A stretch of DNA of 64,000 bases. Source: Paraspadella gotoi (taxonomy: Eukaryota > Animalia > Chaetognatha). Positions 1 through 13,657 of this stretch are shown here, piece by piece. The notes under the pieces were generated by a model. That model was not told the origin of the DNA and searched no databases. It worked only from the letters and a program-made list of their open reading frames with translations. The position numbers were made by a program, and so were the translations under genes. Numbering within the stretch: position 1 is the stretch's first letter; every line of letters begins with the position of its first letter. The stretch spans positions 1,807,298 to 1,871,297 of the forward strand of contig CM119264.1 of the NCBI GenBank assembly GCA_051294375.1. The letters run 5' to 3'.

Positions 1-386
1 TTTTACTATAAATCACCAAAAAAAAATATGAAAAACTCACGTCCGCATCGAATGGGCGATTTGTACGGACGCCGCCGGTGATTGGTGACCGGACAAAGCG
101 GCCATCGGGTTGACCGGGTTGACCCCGGGGAAGACCCGCCGTTTAAGCGTTGACCGGACGAGTGAAACTCGTCTCCAATTTTTTTTTTTTTNNNNNNNNN
201 NNNNNNNNNNNNNNNNNNNNNNNNNNNNNNNNNNNNNNNNNNNNNNNNNNNNNNNNNNNNNNNNNNNNNNNNNNNNNNNNNNNNNNNNNNNNNNNNNNNN
301 NNNNNNNNNNNNNNNNNNNNNNNNNNNNNNNNNNNNNNNNNNNNNNNNNNNNNNNNNNNNNAAACAATTTCACAGCGGCCTGAAAA

Positions 387-3300
387 ATGCAACACGCGCA
401 ACCAGGAAGACCGATCAAGTGCGTCGTGGTTGGCGACGGAACTGTTGGCAAGACATGCATGCTCATCAGTTACACCACGGATAGTTTTCCGGGTAAATGT
501 GATAANNNNNNNNNNNNNNNNNNNNNNNNNNNNNNNNNNNNNNNNNNNNNNNNNNNNNNNNNNNNNNNNNNNNNNNNNNNNNNNNNNNNNNNNNNNNNNN
601 NNNNNNNNNNNNNNNNNNNNNNNNNNNNNNNNNNNNNNNNNNNNNNNNNNNNNNNNNNNNNNNNNNNNNNNNNNNNNNNNNNNNNNNNNNNNNNNNNNNN
701 NNNNNNNNNNNNNNNNNNNNNNNNNNNNNNNNNNNNTTTTTTTTTTCTAATTTATTTAAAAAATAAAATTCATCCCAAATGAAAACTCCCACCTCAAAAA
801 AATCCGCACAAAGTTCAACAATTCCCTAACTTTTTTAATGTCAAGTACTGATAATTTACTTATTATTAACAAAAACTAAAGAGGAACAGTACATATAATT
901 TCATTCATTAACAAATACTAAAGAGAAAAAGTATAAAAAATTTATTATATCCCCAGGTCATTTTTTTTTCCTTTGGATCTATCTATGACAGAAATGATTG
1001 GTATCGATTCTACATGCGACCGAGAGGAACGCCAAGGATCTCTCGTTAAGTCGTCTCATCTTGACAGGTCAACGTCTCAAAAGGCTCTGGATGTCATTCT
1101 TGACGGGTTTTTGCCCAAAGTTAGTCATACTATCGAGCGGTTTTCATTACCTTCGGCCAGGCATGAAGGCACAATTATTAAGTAATATTACTTTAAAGCG
1201 GGGATCATTACAAACTCTCCACGATTTGGAAAGTGAAACATTTATGCGAAAAAATAATCAAAAGATCGAACAATGCCCATCTCGAGTCTCTACATCTTTA
1301 ATAGCCATCCACGTGTGGCCACCGTGCACATCCCGGGAAGGAAATTTCCGATCTACCGGGACAAAACAAACAGCAGTCCTTTATGTTTCGTTCGGTACGG
1401 ACTGACGCGACGACCAAAAGACGATGCAAAAAAATTGCCTTGTTTTCCCTCTTTTTCTTCTATTGTAATCTTTTGCTTTTCTCCCTTTTTTTTAACCCAG
1501 CATCAAATTCGCGCGACAACGCTGTAACCATCTTTTCCCGAGTCGACTCCCACGCAAAATCGGCTTCAGCCACATCACGAAGGCCACATTTCTCGTCACG
1601 CGGAAATCCGACCCAATCAAAAAACACAGAGAAAAAAGACTCGTTACTTTCGGTTTCTAACTCGGCCATTCTTTCTCGAAAACAAAAAAGCTTTCGTGAT
1701 ATAACCCTGAAAAAATGAAGGAGAGAAAGCGGGGCGAGAGAGAGATTAACGAAGAGAGGAGAGAATGAGGAGCACGAGCAGATGCAGCAGAGAGAGCATG
1801 AGAGAGAGAGAGAAGACAGAAGAGAGATGAAAACAACTGAGAAGCGAGGGAACGTGAAGAGCGAGATATTTTGATAAGAGAGAGCAGAGGGCACGGTGAA
1901 AATAGGCCAAAAAAAAAAACTGCTGAATCTATCTTAGTGGAGTGCATCACAAGAGCAGGCTTTGCCTTTCTCTCTCTCTCTCTCTCTCTCTCGTCTCTCT
2001 CTCCTCTCTCTCTCTCTCTTCTCTATCTTCTTCTTCTCTCTCTCTCTCTTCTCACTCTCTCTCTCTCTCTCTCTATTTTTTTTATCGACGAGCCGTCTCT
2101 GTCTCCACTCTATGTCTTCGAGATGAACGCCGTGATCGTTTGGGAAGTTCCCGTGGATTCGTGATTTCTGGCATTAAATCACTAAATTCACCAAACTCGG
2201 AGAAAAAAAAAACTATTCAAGCGTATATATCTACTATATTTTGTTAAAGACTTAAAAACAAAAATCGCTTTTACACTACTAAATCACCAAAAAAAAAATA
2301 TGAGACAAAAACACTCACGTCCGCATCGAAATGGCCGATTTTTTGTACGCGACGTCCGCCCGGTGATTTGCCGCTGCACCGGCAGCAAAGCGGGCCATCG
2401 CGAGCATTGACCGGGTTGCAACCCGCACTGGGAACGACCGCCGTTAAGCGCTTCGACCGGCACGAGTTGAAACTCGTCTCCCAATTTTTTTTTTTTTTTT
2501 TGATTTCGACAAAACACGCGATTTATATTTTCTCTCTCTCTCTTTTTTCTCTGCTCTCGACGAAAAAACTTCGACAAACACAAAAAAAAAACGGCATACA
2601 CGTCTTCGTCGAATAAAATTTAAAAACAATAACAAAACTCAAACATATTTTCAGCACGCGGCACTGAAAAATGCAACACGGCGCAACCCCAGGAAGACCT
2701 GCAATCAAGTGCGTCACGTGGTTGGCCGACGGAACTGTTGGCAAGAACATGCCATCGACTCATCAGTGTACACCACGGATAGTTTTCGAGGTAATGTGTG
2801 ATAAGACGTGGCTACTAAATATGATAAGTGGATATAAATGTTAAAGGGGATATACATGTGAAAGGGGAGCGTATAAATGCTCTGTATGAAGGGCGTATAC
2901 ATCAGCTGAAAGGGGATCGATATCACTGTTAGATAAGGGGGAATAAGTCGCCTGAGGTAGCGGGTTAGTGATAAATAGGTTTGATGAGTGCATTGATGTT
3001 GGCTTTTGACGAAAAAGGCACCTTGTTAACATTATAGGTACAATTACCTAATTAACTTTTCAAGCACGACGAACTTAGAGAGTTCGCGCCAGTAAAGTTT
3101 TAAGCGTTATTGATCCCTTATCTNNNNNNNNNNNNNNNNNNNNNNNNNATCTTGAATTGTGAAGCTAAAAACATGTAAATATGTTGTTAGATATAATGAG
3201 GGATTTTTTTTTAAATTTATTTTAAAAAAAAATTCATCCCAAATTAAAACTCCCACCTCAAAAAAACCGCACAAAGTTCAACAATTCCCTAACTTTTTTA

Positions 3301-5499
3301 ATGTCAACAAATATAATTCATCCCATTTCTGTTGGACTTTTCTTTCCTTTTTTTTTTCAAATTTCGATCAGTGAAAATCTCAGGAGAGAGAGCTAGAGAG
3401 AGAGAGAGGGAGAGAAAGAGAGAGAGCGAGATGGAGAGAGAGAGAGAGGACATGTGCTTGCTTTTTTTTTCCCCTAGATTTCTCCCATGATCTCAAATTT
3501 TTTTAGAAAAACCAGCCGTATTATGCAAATAAAAATATTATCGTCACCGAGTTTCATTAAAAACTCTTACTATAAATAAACAAGTTTTCGCCTCCGATGC
3601 CTATATATATATTAATTTTGATGGTTTAAAAAAACTCCTCTTTAAAATCCGTCGGAGGAAGAACTAATGAAATAAACTTTCTCTCCAACTAAAGAAAAAA
3701 AACGGGAGACCCTTTTCAATCAATTATAACAATTCTATTTTTTTTTTTTTAGTTCAAGGTAAAATTAATTATTTCGAGTTCCGTCGTTGCCGACAGATTA
3801 CGGCCTTTGTCCTACATCCACAGACGGTACGGTTCTTTATCATCNNNNNNNNNNNNNNNNNNNNNNNNNNNNNNNNNNNNNNNNNNNNNNNNNNNNNNNN
3901 NNNNNNNNNNNNNNNNNNNNNNNNNNNNNNNNNNNNNNNNNNNNNNNNNNNNNNNNNNNNNNNNNNNNNNNNNNNNNNNNNNNNNNNNNNNNNNNNNNNN
4001 NNNNNNNNNNNNNNNNNNNNNNNNNNNNNNNNNNNNNNNNNNNNNNNNNNNNNNNNNNNNNNNNNNNNNNNNNNNNNNNNNNNNNNNNNNNNNNNNNNNN
4101 NNNNNNNNNNNNNNNNNNNNNNNNNNNNNNNNNNNNNNNNNNNNNNNNNNNNNNNNNNNNNNNNNNNNNNNNNNNNNNNNNNNNNNNNNNNNNNNNNNNN
4201 NNNNNNNNNNNNNNNNNNNNNNNNNNNNNNNNNNNNNNNNNNNNNNNNNNNNNNNNNNNNNNNNNNNNNNNNNNNNNNNNNNNNNNNNNNNNNNNNNNNN
4301 NNNNNNNNNNNNNNNNNNNNNNNNNNNNNNNNNNNNNNNNNNNNNNNNNNNNNNNNNNNNNNNNNNNNNNNNNNNNNNNNNNNNNNNNNNNNNNNNNNNN
4401 NNNNNNNNNNNNNNNNNNNNNNNNNNNNNNNNNNNNNNNNNNNNNNNNNNNNNNNNNNNNNNNNNNNNNNNNNNNNNNNNNNNNNNNNNNNNNNNNNNNN
4501 NNNNNNNNNNNNNNNNNNNNNNNNNNNNNNNNNNNNNNNNNNNNNNNNNNNNNNNNNNNNNNNNNNNNNTCTGTTTCTCTGTGGTACATTGAGATGGGTC
4601 GTTGGTCATCTTGTCATTTTTTTTTTCAGCGCAACTTTGTTTTAAATTAGTTTGATTTGGTAGTTGGGTTCTTACTTTGGTGGATTATTTATTAAATTAC
4701 TCGGTTAATCGGTTATTAAACCAGAGATAAAGAACGATTTCTAGGTAGTATTTTTAAACTATAGCCAAGTACTTTGCGATATAAGAAACTAGACTGTGAG
4801 ATAGTCTTGATTGAAAGCTTAGAGGGTCTTCCGATGAAATTTTCTTGATATTTATTTTATATTTTAAATGAAAGGCTAACTGAATAAAAAAGTTAAAGTT
4901 AAAGTTAAGGGAAGGACAGTTTATGAAAGAATAAATGGATTATTATATACATTTATTGTATTAATTACATTAAAAGGGGTAATACGAGCGATTATGGTCA
5001 TTAGTTTTCCCTTCAAACGGTAACGAATAGTTAAAAATTGTAGCAAGAGAATAGATATAACTTGATTAGTTTAATATATTTTACTTTTTGATTTTTATTA
5101 ATTCCCCCACATTTGACCCCATTCCTTAATGACCCTTGACGCCACCCCACTCCACCCTACCCCACCCTTCAGGTCTCCCCCACCTCCTTCGACCACGTCC
5201 TCACGAAATGGTATCCCGAGATCAAGCACCACTGTCCCGATTCCCCCGTCCTCCTCGTCGGCACAAAAATCGACCTTCGCGAAAACAGAGACGCTCTCCT
5301 CGAACTCGGGACCCAAGGCATCACGCCCATCAAGCGAGACGCCGGCGCCAAAATGTGCAACAAGATTCGAGGCGTCAAATATCTCGAATGTTCCGCGTTG
5401 ACGCAGCGCGGACTGCGGCAGGTGTTCGAGGAAGCGGTGCGGGCGGTGCTGTATCCTCAGCCGCGTCAGGCGCGGCAGAGAAAGTGCGTGCTCTTGTGA
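387..5499 (+). CDS. mig-2: Rho-family small GTPase, Mtl/MIG-2 type (multi-exon; middle exons damaged by gaps and noisy sequence)
   Basis: Exon 1 387-492 encodes [35 protein letters not shown] with a GT donor. An indel-damaged [16 protein letters not shown] lies at ~3792-3844 and CFSV|gt at ~4570-4583. The last exon 5173-5499 encodes [36 protein letters not shown]...[24 protein letters not shown]...CVLL* (CAAX). [16 protein letters not shown] is the Mtl/MIG-2 signature. The switch-I/WDTAG exon is not visible. Confidence 0.9.
2270..2805 (+). other. Indel-laden duplicate of 1-500 including Rho exon 1 (probable assembly artefact)
   Basis: Same sequence as 1-504 with many 1-2 bp insertions, e.g. 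atgcaacacggcgcaaccccaggaagacctgcaatc vs atgcaacacgcgcaaccaggaagaccgatc. 740-845 also recurs at ~3205-3306. Confidence 0.85.
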
Positions 5500-5684
5500 T
5501 TGGTCGAGAAAAGGAGGGGGGGCGTGGCTGCGTCGTAAAAAAATATCGGAGGCGTCATCTCTTCATTTGTTGAGCGAAAAAAAAAAGACTCGGGGTCGAA
5601 AAATCTCAATTTGGAAAACTTTTTTAGCGTGCAGTTTCCATGGAAACGCGAATTTTGAGGCGAGGTAAAGACGAGCTACATCTA

Positions 5685-6263
5685 CAGTCCTGTGCAAAAA
5701 TTAAGTAGCGCTCGTTTTACGCACATAATATAAAAAATTATGAATGAAAAATGTAGATTTTGAAATGGAAAATCCATATGTGTAAGTTAAAAGAAAATCG
5801 GTCCAAGCTCTCGAAAGACAAGTGGTCAAAAACATTCGTCATTTGTCGCTTCAAAAAACTATTTTTGAAGATCTGCCAAAAGCTGAGGATATTTTTTAGC
5901 CTTAATTTATGGGCATTGTATTTGTTTGTTTTTTTAATTATGAATGTTAAATAAGGACATTTAAAAGAGGAAATCATATGTGTAACTTTAAAAAAAATCA
6001 GTTCTGTCATTCCAGAGCTATAGCACCTTAAACACAAAAGTTTTGCTCTAACATTCTGTTTGAGTACTTAGGAGTTGTAACTGAGTAATTACTTTTTAAA
6101 AATCACTGCTTTGTAACGGATAGCCATGGATTAACCAAATTTATACCAATAGTTCCTTTTTCCATAAATATTATTCACTCATAATATATCTTTTTTTAAA
6201 GGAATCTAAATTGATTTATTTTCATCATGTTTTTGGGTGTCCTATTTATTTTGCACAGGACTG
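5685..6263. mobile_element. Tc1/mariner-type MITE downstream of the Rho stop codon
   Basis: TA|CAGTCCTGTGCAAAA ... TTTTGCACAGGACTG|TA: 15-bp perfect TIR, TA target duplication, no ORF. Confidence 0.85.
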
Positions 6264-7373
6264 TACAGATCGGAAGCAGTCATTTTTTTATATTATGGTC
6301 GTTTTCAAAGTTATATTTAAGGATATAATGTCATAATCTATTTTTACTGTAAATTAACTAGTCGAATTCGCTCGCAATTGGAAACGGAAGTAATGTTACT
6401 AGTATCATCGAAACTTCTACCGTGTAGTAGTATTATTTATTAATCTCGAGTATGGCTCAGTTTATTCATCGTTTTATATATATACTTTTTTGTTTGTTGT
6501 CATAAAATTCGTCAACTGTTTACCTTGACAGCTCTTCTAAGTCAAAAAGGCAGCGGTTTTGTCAGTGAAAATTATTTATCATGCTTTTTTTTATTTTTTT
6601 AACTTTCTTGCTTAGGGTAAACATTTGATGAAAAAAATGTTAGTTTAAATTGGTCGATTTAACATTTTATTTATATAAATTTAAAGTTGCTGGGTTGGCA
6701 TAATGTTTTGGTTGCTATAATATTCAATTATCTTTTTCTGAGGTTTTGTTTGATTTATAGTATTTGGATATAAACTTTTTAGAATCTTTCGGGAGTATCT
6801 TGTTAGTCTATCTACTAATTAACTAATAAATAGATCTTTATTTTGCTTTATAAGGTACAACCTCAATAATTATAAATTATTCGACGATGATGAAAAATTT
6901 GTGATAACGAAGTATCATATCCATTTTACAAATTATATGCTTTTTTTTTAACAAAAAATACTGGTAATTTTATAGTATAATATCTTGTATATAATCATGG
7001 GATCCTTGTTTCTTTTACTTTATAATCGGTCGTATGTATCGACCGAAAATAAAAACATTTGTACATATATGATATATGTTTGTCCTAAATTGTATATTTC
7101 ATCAATCATTTATTGTTGATGCCAAACGATAGGGGGAATTAATGATGTTTGAGTTATTGACATGTTTTCATATAATTGTTTCGTTTTGCTATCAAGGAAT
7201 GGCTTAATTTTTTTACGAATAAAGTTGTTTTGCACGTAACGTTATCTTTTATTTTTCAAAGAAGCTTAGCTAGTTTTGAAGTGTTTCAGATTTCATTAAT
7301 TTTGAGGGTTAATTCTCTCAACTTTATTTATTACACAGAAGACTGTAAGAAAATTGGGATAAACTTGACATAT

Positions 7374-10300
7374 TTAATTAAAAGCGCTTCGTCTACGGTC
7401 ATCGTACCTGTATGAATTAATAATAACGTGATGATCATTAATCGAATTATACAGTAATTCTCTTAAAACCGTAGATGGATTTTTTTATGATTTTAAATTT
7501 TATGAAATACTATCGTTAATACCCTACTGATAATAATTTCACTACTGCTTACCATTTTTGAATGCTTTTCGCTTTGGGTCGAAGATAACGCGTGTTCTTA
7601 ACCGCTTTCCAATCTGAATAAGGAAATATGCCTATCACCTACCACCTACCACCGACCACAGTTTTTCGGAAGTGGCTTATTTCTGTTTCTTAATAAAATT
7701 TAATTTTAGTCTTCTTTAGTCTGTAACTTTAATCCTTAATCTTCATCATTAACCCTATTCCTAATTCTTTAACCCTTATCATTAACCATCTTTAATTTAA
7801 ATTTTAATCTTAAAAAATAATCAACTTTTTGAACTTAGAAAGTAAAAAACTTTTTTGAATCATTTTTGGATAAAAAAAAACTCGACTCCATGAAGTAACA
7901 TATATATAAATATTTTTCTCCTCTGCCAAATTCTAAACCTCTCTTTGCTCGGACGAGAATGGTTTTTGGCCTCACCTTTTTAAACAATAACTTACCCTCC
8001 GACGTAGACAGGGATCTCCCAAAGATTTGAGGCGTCGTTTTTCTCTCTTGATTCTGATTTCCGATGAGTCGTTTGGAATCCATGGAGTAGATGGGGGGAA
8101 GGCGAGTTGGGGGGAGGTGATGCAGGGGGAAAACTGTTAAGGGGGGGGAGAAGGAATCAGGGTGGGGATAAGAGGGGGAGGGTCGGGGATTGGGGATTGT
8201 TAATTCTGTAGTATTGTATAAAATGTATAGCATAGGATAGAGAACGAGGGAAGAGAGAAAGGGAGGGAAAGGGACGGAAAGAGAGTGAAAGAGACGGAAA
8301 GAAAGAGACTTTGACCGAAAGAATGGTGGAAAGTAAGAGAGAGATAGAGACAGAGACAGTTTCTCACCATCATCATCCTCGTCTTCCACTTCCTCAGTCT
8401 CTCTCTTTGTTTCTTCATCTGAATAAAATTTTAAAAAATAAATAAAAGTCAAACGCGTAAACAAATGAACACCGAGAATTAAAATTATTTTATATCATTA
8501 AGTCTATCATAAAATCTCGTCACGTCACAATTAGGACTTAAATCTATCATTGATTGATGACAGTGCCAATTCTATTTGATCCACCGATCAATCTACTCAA
8601 ATGTCAGTCAGTCTGTTGAAAAGGCGCTCAGTGGACTGAAGACTATTAATAATATTATTAATATTATTAATTATTAATAATTTTCAGCAGCAACGGAACG
8701 GGTCCTGTGCTTTGAACCAGGTTTTTCCACCCCGCCGAGTCGGTTTACGATCGTTTTCAATGCTTCCCGATGGGTTGGTACCATTGGTGATCGATCCCCG
8801 GCATCTGAGGGTCATGAGCTGAAGGTACCGGTACCGGTTCACAACCAGAGGCTGCATGTCTCAAGGTGGGGGTGAACGTGGCGCAATGCGTCAGTCCATC
8901 AATTCCTCAGGCCATCTGTCCATCAGACNNNNNNNNNNNNNNNNNNNNNNNNNNNNNNNNNNNNNNNNNNNNNNNNNNNNNNNNNNNNNNNNNNNNNNNN
9001 NNNNNNNNNNNNNNNNNNNNNNNNNNNNNNNNNNNNNNNNNNNNNNNNNNNNNNNNNNNNNNNNNNNNNNNNNNNNNNNNNNNNNNNNNNNNNNNNNNNN
9101 NNNNNNNNNNNNNNNNNNNNNNNNNNNNNNNNNNNNNNNNNNNNNNNNNNNNNNNNNNNNNNNNNNNNNNNNNNNNNNNNNNNNNNNNNNNNNNNNNNNN
9201 NNNNNNNNNNNNNNNNNNNNNNNNNNNNNNNNNNNNNNNNNNNNNNNNNNNNNNNNNNNNNNNNNNNNNNNNNNNNNNNNNNNNNNNNNNNNNNNNNNNN
9301 NNNNNNNNNNNNNNNNNNNNNNNNNNNNNNNNNNNNNNNNNNNNNNNNNNNNNNNNNNNNNNNNNNNNNNNNNNNNNNNNNNNNNNNNNNNNNNNNNNNN
9401 NNNNNNNNNNNNNNNNNNNNNNNNNNNNNNNNNNNNNNNNNNNNNNNNNNNNNNNNNNNTCAGTCCGTCAATTCGTCAGTTCATCAATTCCTCAGTACGT
9501 CAGTCCGTCAGTCCATTTATTCCTCAGTCCGTCAGTCCGTCAGTCCGTTTATCCGTCCACTCTCCCCTACCCACCTTCCCCTTCCTCTTCTTTCTCTTCG
9601 ACTTCGTCAATGAAGATGGATTCAGTTGGCGCAATCGTCTTCAGCCAAAGAAGTTGCTTCATCGTCAGACCAGATTCGAATCCTGGAAAAAATGATATAT
9701 TGTTTAAAGTTTATTGTTTAATTAGTTATTTTAGTTAAGTTTGAGGTTTTTTTTTAAGCTAAGTTTTTTTTTTGTCACGTTTTAAGTTAAGTTTTTAAGT
9801 TTATTAGATTTAATGTGGACGAACGAACGAAACGAAACCTCAGTTGTGACCTTAAAACTCCCTCTCTGTCTTTCTCTCTGTCTCTCTCTCTCTATTTCTC
9901 ACTTACTATTGTCTATTAATTATTAATTAACTATTACAAATTAGCAGTCCATGTGCTTTGGATGAGGCTGTAGATTGTAGATTGTAGAAGTGTAACTTCA
10001 TGCTAGCACATGCGGGCTCAGTATATTCTCCTAACTATTCAGCGGCGACCGAGCTAAAATACCGGACCTTTAGATTGGAAGACGAATGACTTGCGTCCGG
10101 CTTCGATGGTGGCTGTTCATGAAGTAGTCTCATCGATTATGATTTGATTGATTGATTGATTAATTGTTCCTCCAACTAATTAAAGCATTTAAAGTGAAGA
10201 TGACTTTTCATATTTTATTTAGCCCCTTTTTTCCTGAGTGGAACAAGGTCCAGAGCTTTGAACGAGGCCGCTTCCAACAGGTAATGTACCGGGTTAGTAC

Positions 10301-12107
10301 TGAACGTGAGAGCTGTTGGCTTTTCTCTGTGAGCCACAGGGTAACGATTAAAAATGTCGAGGTCTATTGACTGGTAGAAACCAGATTATTAAACCGCTAC
10401 AATTCGATTAATAGATTAATAATAAGTTTTAATAATTTATTGATTAATAATAGGTTTTAATAATTAATTGATTAATTATAATTCGTAAACATGGTTAATC
10501 TTCTCCCGTCGCGAGGTTTGACTCACAACTCACCCCCGCTAATCGATCCCCGTTGAAGCGATGATTCCCTGTGATTCGATCCCCACTCGTGACTCGTTCT
10601 TCCAGTGAATGCGTGATTGTGTGAGAGCGAGCGCGCCGTCGTCCCTTTTCCCATCAACGTCTTCGAATGAAAGAGAAAGACATTTAACATATATATATAT
10701 ATATATATATGAAAGACACTAAGGGAACAGGGAACTATGAAATTGATACAATCAATATGCAAATTCTATCAAGACACTCTCTCACAGTCACGTTTATTTA
10801 CTCCCAGTGAAACTCGCTTCCCTATCAATGAAGTGGTATATATATGAGCAATCAATTTATTTTTTTGGATTTAATTAATTCATTTCTTAATATATTTTAA
10901 TTAATTAATTCTTAAATCCCAATCACCTGGATTCTCTCCTCTAATTCCTTTTCTTTGGAGGATGGAATCTTTTTCTTTTGCCTCCGCTTCGAGGTGGCGC
11001 CTCCTCCTCCTCCTCCTCCTCCTCCTCCGCTTTTCTCTTCCTCATCTTCAGTTTGTGTGACGCTAGGAAGTCGGCTCGATCCTTGGATTTGAGGCAAGCC
11101 TGGAACATTGATTGATTGATTGATTGATTTTTTATTAATTCATTTATTGATTGGTTGATTGATTACCCCCTCCGAGGCTTTTCGATCTTTTTTCTTCTTC
11201 TTCTTCTTCTTCTTCTTCTTCTTCTTCTTCTTCTTCTTCTTCTTCTGCTTTTCTTTGTTTGTTGGTTTCTTTTATTTTCCTTTCAGATTTCGACGAAATT
11301 TCTTTTTCTTTTTTCATCAAATCTTTCGTCGTGATTTTTTGAAGACTCGAACCTCGATGATGCAGCGTCGGTCTGAAACGGGAGAAGAAGCTCATTTATT
11401 TTGTGTGTGCGCGGATCTATTTTCCGTAAGCGCCCCATTTCTGATCGTTAATTTAACCTTAATATTTAACCTAAATATAATCCTAAACCTATGAACCAAT
11501 CCCTCACCCAAAGAAAAGAGAGCCCCCCCCTCACAAACCTCTTCGTGGCGCCATCTTCCGTCGTGACGGACGGAAGGAGATTTCGTCTCATTCGTCTCAT
11601 CTCGTCGTTGATTTTCATGTTCGCCGCCTTTTGTTCGATTTCGATTTGACTGGAGACAAAAGGACAATCCATGATTGACATTGAGTTGATTTATTTATTT
11701 ATTTAGTTTTGTAGTAATTTAGTGATTTAGTTAATTATTTATTTATTTATTTATTTATTCATGACCGGGTTCAATCCCAACCCGGTAGCTACCCTGCGGT
11801 AAGCGTGAGGACGGCCGTAAACCGTGGAAAACCCTCATGCCTTCTTCACAGAATTGCCTCATTCATTCATTCATTCATTCATTCATTCATNNNNNNNNNN
11901 NNNNNNNNNNNNNNNNNNNNNNNNNNNNNNNNNNNNNNNNNNNNNNNNNNNNNNNNNNNNNNNNNNNNNNNNNNNNNNNNNNNNNNNNNNNNNNNNNNNN
12001 NNNNNNNNNNNNNNNNNNNNNNNNNNNNNNNNNNNNNNNNNNNNNNNNNNNNNNNNNNNNNNNNNNNNNNNNNNNNNNNNNNNNNNNNNNNNNNNNNNNN
12101 NNNNNNN

Positions 12108-12143
<36 letters not shown>

Positions 12144-12376
12144 TTAACAATAACATTAATTATTAATTTACTTGGACAATTGACGATGGGCGACTTTTTC
12201 TAAGATGTTTTGTCTCGAGATCACACTGTTGCGCGACGCCTGTGAAAAAAAGAAGTGAATTCCAAAAATGGCGGATACCAATTTATCTTTTTTTAAACTA
12301 AATATTTTGGTTCTTTAAAGTTTATTTTAGTAAAAATACTTTTTACCTGCGATAATATTTCTATGTGGTCGTCCAT
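7374..12376 (-). CDS. Unknown multi-exon protein with coiled-coil N-terminus, poly-E/poly-G tracts and a C-terminal WxxVxNxRYLR motif
   Basis: GT-AG-bounded exons: MDDHIEILSQ (12376-12347), ASRNSVISRQNILEKVAHRQLS (~12239-12172), QIEIEQKAANMKINDEMRRMRRNLLP (~11649-11539), poly-E exon (~11372-11167), LPQIQGSS..GGGG..EERIQ (~11099-10927), FESGLTMKQLLWLKTIAPT (~9682-9574), EETKRETEEVEDEDDD (~8418-8367), DSKRLIGNQ..STSE (~8085-7996), WKAVKNTRYLRPK (~7613-7553), last exon from 7407. Some junctions are unresolved. Confidence 0.55.
8685..8857 (-). mobile_element. tRNA(Met)-like SINE, family C (degenerate), with divergent twister-like core
   Basis: Sense strand has ctcatga (CAT anticodon loop) and ggggatcgatc (T-arm), then TGAA..CGATCG TAA ACCG...CCTGG TTCAAAGC ACAGG. 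Homologous to 52180-52358(-) and to the fragment at 11758-11845(+). Confidence 0.5.
9943..10122 (-). mobile_element. Degenerate copy of tRNA-derived SINE family A
   Basis: Shares agcagtcc..gcttt.gat.aggctgta and ccggaccttt.g.ttgg.ag.cgaatgacttgc.tccggc with 27122-27262. Confidence 0.6.
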
Positions 12377-13179
12377 CGTCGCTTTTTAAATATATATATA
12401 AATCAATATTAAATGATCAACATTTATTTTACTTTTTTTTTCATTCGACGTCGGAACGTTTTTTCGAAAAATCAATTTCGCCGACATAAATAAATTTCGA
12501 CAAAGTTTAAAGGTTGGAAATAAGTTGATCGTCGTTCTTTGTCATGTTTTGCATAATCACCAAATCTNNNNNNNNNNNNNNNNNNNNNNNNNNNNNNNNN
12601 NNNNNNNNNNNNNNNNNNNNNNNNNNNNNNNNNNNNNNNNNNNNNNNNNNNNNNNNNNNNNNNNNNNNNNNNNNNNNNNNNNNNNNNNNNNNNNNNNNNN
12701 NNNNNNNNNNNNNNNNNNNNNNNNNNNNNNNNNNNNNNNNNNNNNNNNNNNNNNNNNNNNNNNNNNNNNNNNNNNNNNNNNNNNNNATTTTGACTAGTGA
12801 CATTAATTCTCGAACGAATAGAAAAGTTAAAAGGTGAGAAACTTGGAAATAATTGACACAGGAATTTTTATAATTAATTTTAAAAATAGATTAATGTAAT
12901 TAAAATATAATTAGCCTGTAATTGTATATTACGAAAACTTCAAAGAAGCCGCGATTACANNNNNNNNNNNNNNNNNNNNNNNNNNNNNNNNNNNNNNNNN
13001 NNNNNNNNNNNNNNNNNNNNNNNNNNNNNNNNNNNNNNNNNNNNNNNNNNNNNNNNNNNNNNNNNNNNNNNNNNNNNNNNNNNNNNNNNNNNNNNNNNNN
13101 NNNNNNNNNNNNNNNNNNNNNNNNNNNNNNNNNNNNNNNNNNNNNNNNNNNNNNNNNNNNNNNNNNNNNNNCGGGCACA

Positions 13180-13585
13180 TTCCTATAGGCGCAATATTAT
13201 GTGTTCAATTCTATGGGCAATACTATGGGTTCTATCCAGGGATGCTGGAGGCGCTAAATTTCGCCCGCCTCCACTCCCCGCCTCCCGAGACCCCCCTCGC
13301 CTCCGGTTTTGCGTTCGCCTCTCATTTTTTTAGCCCGGATCGCCTCCGCGTTCGCCTCCTTAACGCCTCCGGCTTTTTGTTAAAAAATGTATTTATAGAT
13401 TTGTATTTGATATTTTTTTTTTAAATTCAGATCAATGGNNNNNNNNNNATTATGTGTTCAATTCCATTGGCAATACTATGGGTTCTATCACAAAGACGCA
13501 ATACTATGGGTTCAGTCCTATAGGCGCAATACTATCGGTTCAGTCCTATGGGCGCCCTACTATGAGTTCAATCTTGCAGACACAA
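13180..13585. repeat. ~27-bp minisatellite (taggcgcaatactatgggttcaatcc-like), interrupted by a GC-rich (cgcctcc) insert
   Basis: Repeated gcaatactatgggttc/gcaatattatgtgttc units at 13180-13235 and 13450-13585. Confidence 0.7.
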
Positions 13586-13657
13586 TCCTTTATTGTGTTG
13601 AAGACGTGAATAAGAGAAACCGATCGTACTAAGTCGCCACAATGGACGCAATCTTAC

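Noticed and set aside
2671-2790. Second Rho exon 1 as a paralog or pseudogene
   Set aside because: Differences are almost all single-base insertions in coding and flanking DNA alike, typical of uncorrected long reads.
3787-13188. Long ORF-track entries full of X
   Set aside because: They are artefacts of N gaps.
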